64,000 bases of DNA, from positions 27,690-91,689 of the forward strand of contig JBJKYD010000012.1 in assembly GCA_045561295.1 (NCBI GenBank), written 5' to 3'. The stretch comes from Gammaproteobacteria bacterium (GTDB lineage Bacteria > Pseudomonadota > Gammaproteobacteria > GCA-002705445 > GCA-002716945). A program made the position numbers and the translations under genes. This document shows positions 60,445-64,000 of this stretch, one piece after another; positions within the stretch are counted from its first letter, which is position 1, and each line of letters opens with the position of its first letter. Below the pieces are notes generated by a model. It saw only the letters and a program-made list of their open reading frames with translations, ran no database searches and was not told the DNA's origin.

Positions 60445-62137
60445 TTTTACTATTGTCTAGAAGCTTTAGTAACTTTTCGCTGTTGGGATTATTTTTTATA
60501 GATTGCTCTAAGATAGATTTTGCCTCATCAGAGTTACCGTTTTTTAACAGTATTAAATAATGATGTTCTACAATTTCAGGGTCTTGATCTTTAGAGTAAG
60601 CCAAAGACGAGTATTTCCCAGCTTCTTTGTAAGAACCTTTTAAATACAGAACCCACGCTAAACTATCCAAGATTGCTGCCTGACCGGGTCGGATATCAAG
60701 AGCTTTTCTTACTAGCTTTTCTGATTTATCCAAATGAAGTTTATGTAATGCAAGGCTGTAACCATATGCATTCAAAGCTATTGAATTATATTTATTAAGC
60801 TTGATCATCTCATCAAAATCTTTACTCATATTTAAAATATTTCCTTCTTTTTCATAAGCCAGTGCACGACTATAAAGTGCTCTTTCATTATTTGGAAAAG
60901 TTTGAAGTATTTGAGTCGACAGATTAATAATATCAGCTGGTTCACCTATTTCCTCAAAGATAGATAGTTTAAGTGATAAAGAGTTGAGAAGATTATTCTG
61001 ATTATTGATTTTAATTTCCTTGTCAATGTAAGTTAAAGCTTTTTCTAGATTATACTTTTTTAATAAAGCCATGGAAACATTAAGAGCTTTAGTATTAACA
61101 AATGTTCCCTGTTGGATTCTTTGATAATGTAACAGTGCCTCATCATATCTTTTATTTTTATAATCAATCTGGCCCAAGAAAAAATTAATATTATCAGGTG
61201 CGTAAAATTTGGATAATAATATATTAAAATATTTTTCTGATAGATCATATCTCTCATTATCAAAACATAATAAGGCAATCCTAAAAATAAAATCATCATC
61301 AGAAGGATCAATGCTTATGAGTTTTTCAATGAGTGGAATTGCATAATCCAACTTTTCTTCTTTAAGATAGAACATTAAAAGTTCAAATGAGACTTCCCTG
61401 TCTAAAACAGATGAAGATTCAATAAATTTTTCTAACGTAGATATTGCTTCATCAGTCTTGTTTAATTGTGAGAGCGACTTTGCATACTTCCTAGTTAATA
61501 TTCTATTTTTTTTGAAATCAATGTCTTCTATATATAAAACAGCAAGCTCATCCATATCATTTTTTTGTAATATATTAATATAAGACAGTAAAATTATTTG
61601 GTCATTGTATCTTATAAGGTTTGTCTCAAAATAATCTACTATATTCTTTGTAATTACATTTCTTGATAAAATACTTTCAATATCAACATAGGATTCATTT
61701 TTATTCTCTAAGTATAATTTGTATAAAAAATCGAAATGTATATTTGCCGATTGATATTGCTCAAGTTCTATGTATGCAGAAAATGCGGCTTTACGAGCAT
61801 AGATATTTTGATTATCTAGTTCTATCCATCTATTAACTATTGTCATAATTGAATCAAATTTATTAAGCTCTCTTGCTCTATTAATCATATTCAAGAAATC
61901 GGCTTCATTATAGAAATAGGTTATGTTTGACGTAAATATATTGATGGCATCATTGGTCCTGCCCTTATGAAGCAGTAGCTCCACTAATATTTTGTAATAT
62001 GCATAATTGTATTTTAAATCCGAACTTTTATATGAAATATCCTCTTGAAAATCCCTCTGTTCAGAGTCGATCTTCGAGCCACAAGATATAAGAAATAAAA
62101 GGCTAATTAATACTACAAATTTCAAATTTTTGACCAT
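60425..62137 (-). CDS. TPR-repeat lipoprotein
   Basis: LISC lipobox; ALNAYGY, ILDSLAWV TPR motifs; divergent from hemA. Confidence 0.85.
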   Translation of the reverse strand: MVKNLKFVVLISLLFLISCGSKIDSEQRDFQEDISYKSSDLKYNYAYYKILVELLLHKGRTNDAINIFTSNITYFYNEADFLNMINRARELNKFDSIMTIVNRWIELDNQNIYARKAAFSAYIELEQYQSANIHFDFLYKLYLENKNESYVDIESILSRNVITKNIVDYFETNLIRYNDQIILLSYINILQKNDMDELAVLYIEDIDFKKNRILTRKYAKSLSQLNKTDEAISTLEKFIESSSVLDREVSFELLMFYLKEEKLDYAIPLIEKLISIDPSDDDFIFRIALLCFDNERYDLSEKYFNILLSKFYAPDNINFFLGQIDYKNKRYDEALLHYQRIQQGTFVNTKALNVSMALLKKYNLEKALTYIDKEIKINNQNNLLNSLSLKLSIFEEIGEPADIINLSTQILQTFPNNERALYSRALAYEKEGNILNMSKDFDEMIKLNKYNSIALNAYGYSLALHKLHLDKSEKLVRKALDIRPGQAAILDSLAWVLYLKGSYKEAGKYSSLAYSKDQDPEIVEHHYLILLKNGNSDEAKSILEQSIKNNPNSEKLLKLLDNSKNAAINL

Positions 62138-62181
62138 ATATGTATAATAGCACATGCTAATATGTTAATAAGGAAACAAAA

Positions 62182-63423
62182 ATGACCATATCAGTTATAG
62201 GGCTTAATCATAAATCTGCTAGCTTAGATGTAAGAGAAAAATATTCTTTTACAAGTGATGCTTGTTCATTGTTACTAAGAAGAATAAAAAAAATGCCCGA
62301 GATAAAAGAGGTCCTTGTCATTTCTACATGCAATAGGACCGAAATTTATGCAGACAGTGAATCAGGATCTCGTAATATTCAAGATTGGCTTACGGCAGAA
62401 AAAGAATATCGAACTTTTACTGATCATATGTATGTTTATCAAGAAGAAGATGCAATAAGACACTTATTTAAGGTAGTTTCTGGACTTGACTCAATGGTAG
62501 TTGGTGAAAGCGAAGTTTTAGGACAAGTTAAAACATCTTATAAGATTGCCTTAGAAAATAAAACAATAGACAGTAAATTGAAAAGGTTGTTTGAATATTC
62601 ATTTTCTGTTGCGAAAAATGTTAGAACAAATACAGATATAGGTGGTAATGCTATATCTTTCATGTACACATCGATTCTACTTATTAAAAAAATATTCTCT
62701 AATATCGAAGAAAAAAAATGTTTATTAATAGGCGCAGGTGAAATGACCCAGCTTGCATTAAAATATCTAAAATCAAATAATGTAAATGACATTACTATAT
62801 GTAATAGAAAAGAAGAAAAAGGTAAAAAATTAGCCTTAGAAAATAATTGTAGATATTCTCATTTGAATAATTTGTCCAATGTCATTCATGAATACGATAT
62901 GATAATTACATCTACATCAAGTTCTCTTCCGCTTATTGGTAAGGGTAATATTGAGAGCGCTCTTGACAGAAGAAATAACCAGTCCATCGTTCTGATTGAT
63001 CTTGGTGTGCCTAGAGATATAGAATCTCAAATTAAAAATCTTGATAATGTATATCTTTATACTATTGATGATCTTGGTGAAATTATTGAAAAGAATTATA
63101 AGATTAGAGAAAAATCTATAGAACAAGCTGAAGAGATAATCAAATTTAAAATTATTGAATACAAAAATTGGCTTTCTGAAAATAATAGCTCAGAAGTTAT
63201 AAAGAATTATAGAGAATATGTTGATGATATTGCAAAGGGCATTGTGATAAAAGCCAAAAAAATGTCAAAAAATGGAGATGATGTAGACTCTATAATTGAC
63301 TACATATCAGAATCTCTTAAGAAGAAACTGGCACATGAAACAACAATAAAATTAAAAGAGCTTTATCCACATTTAGATGAAGATAAAGTTCAAAGACTTA
63401 ATGATCTTTTCAAAGAAAACTAA
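62182..63423 (+). CDS. hemA: Glutamyl-tRNA reductase
   Basis: STCNRTE, GLDSMVVGE..VLGQ, GAGEM, DLGVPRDI. Confidence 0.97.
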   Translation: MTISVIGLNHKSASLDVREKYSFTSDACSLLLRRIKKMPEIKEVLVISTCNRTEIYADSESGSRNIQDWLTAEKEYRTFTDHMYVYQEEDAIRHLFKVVSGLDSMVVGESEVLGQVKTSYKIALENKTIDSKLKRLFEYSFSVAKNVRTNTDIGGNAISFMYTSILLIKKIFSNIEEKKCLLIGAGEMTQLALKYLKSNNVNDITICNRKEEKGKKLALENNCRYSHLNNLSNVIHEYDMIITSTSSSLPLIGKGNIESALDRRNNQSIVLIDLGVPRDIESQIKNLDNVYLYTIDDLGEIIEKNYKIREKSIEQAEEIIKFKIIEYKNWLSENNSSEVIKNYREYVDDIAKGIVIKAKKMSKNGDDVDSIIDYISESLKKKLAHETTIKLKELYPHLDEDKVQRLNDLFKEN

Positions 63424-64000
63424 TGAATCAAGAATTAAGAGCTAAACTTGAGAATCATGTCTCAAGTTATAAAGATATTACCAATCAATTAAGCACGCCA
63501 GAAGTCTATTCTGATAGAACTCTTATGAAAACACTTAACCAAAAACTCACAAAAATAGAACCTGGCGTTAAATTATTTCAAAAGTATCTTAATATTGAAA
63601 AATCAATTAAAGATACTCAAGAACTTCTGGAAGATGAAGATAAAGAGATGAGAGAAATAGCTCAAGAAGAATTAAAAAATCATGAACAATCATTAAAAGA
63701 AATTGAAAATAAAATAATTGAAGCAACGGTTGAAAAAGATCCAAATGATTCACGAGATATCTACATGGAAATTAGAGCAGGTACTGGTGGCGAGGAGGCA
63801 GCTATATTTGCTGGTGATTTATATAAAATGTATTCAAAATTCTCAGAAAAAAATAAATGGGTTATTGAAATTATCAATAGTAATGTCAGTGATCATGGAG
63901 GATTCAAAGAAATAATTTTCAAAGTTATTGGTTCTAATGTTTATAGTAATCTTAAATTTGAATCAGGAACACATAGAGTACAAAGAGTACCAAATACAGA
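63423..64000 (+). CDS. prfA: Peptide chain release factor 1, 5' part only
   Basis: ATG overlaps the hemA stop; EIRAGTGGEEAAIFA, LKFESGTHRVQRVP. Confidence 0.95.
   Translation, partial: MNQELRAKLENHVSSYKDITNQLSTPEVYSDRTLMKTLNQKLTKIEPGVKLFQKYLNIEKSIKDTQELLEDEDKEMREIAQEELKNHEQSLKEIENKIIEATVEKDPNDSRDIYMEIRAGTGGEEAAIFAGDLYKMYSKFSEKNKWVIEIINSNVSDHGGFKEIIFKVIGSNVYSNLKFESGTHRVQRVPNT

Noticed and set aside
4069-63915. Many 60-130 aa ORFs overlapping recognised genes (e.g. 4069, 23006, 24812, 25839, 42338, 50377, 56962, 63718)
   Set aside because: Antisense or off-frame to confidently identified genes, with no recognisable motifs.

Overview
Chromosomal segment of an AT-rich, tightly packed, streamlined Gammaproteobacterium. 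Taxon and a marine lifestyle are inferred from gene order and gene content. Positions 1-40.7 kb and 56.2-64 kb are mostly housekeeping genes: purEK, pgi, pan genes/folK, rpsP-rimM-trmD-rplS, xseB-dxs-queD-folE2, dapA-bamC, proS, purMN, argG, moa genes, ccmDEFGHI, ychF-pth-rplY-prs-tRNA-Gln-ispE, hemA-prfA. Embedded at 28.9-34.5 kb is a 7-gene cluster of unknown product: RibD-like reductase, atypical PTPS/QueD, dehydrogenase, glycosyltransferase, methyltransferase-like protein, LPG-synthase-type membrane protein and CDP-alcohol phosphotransferase. Positions 40.7-56.1 kb form an accessory region downstream of a tRNA-Met gene. It holds at least three direct copies of the tRNA 3' end that separate gene cassettes (DUF285 autotransporter; ppk2; phoX plus two more genes), putative integrase arm-type repeats, and no recognisable integrase. 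The same region carries a His/Cys-rich RGPP-ending leader ORF before a ZnuD-like TonB receptor, a CsoR module with its operator, and many unannotated proteins of 29-63 aa. No CRISPR array, rRNA or transposase was seen. All calls come from reading the sequence; no database searches were run.
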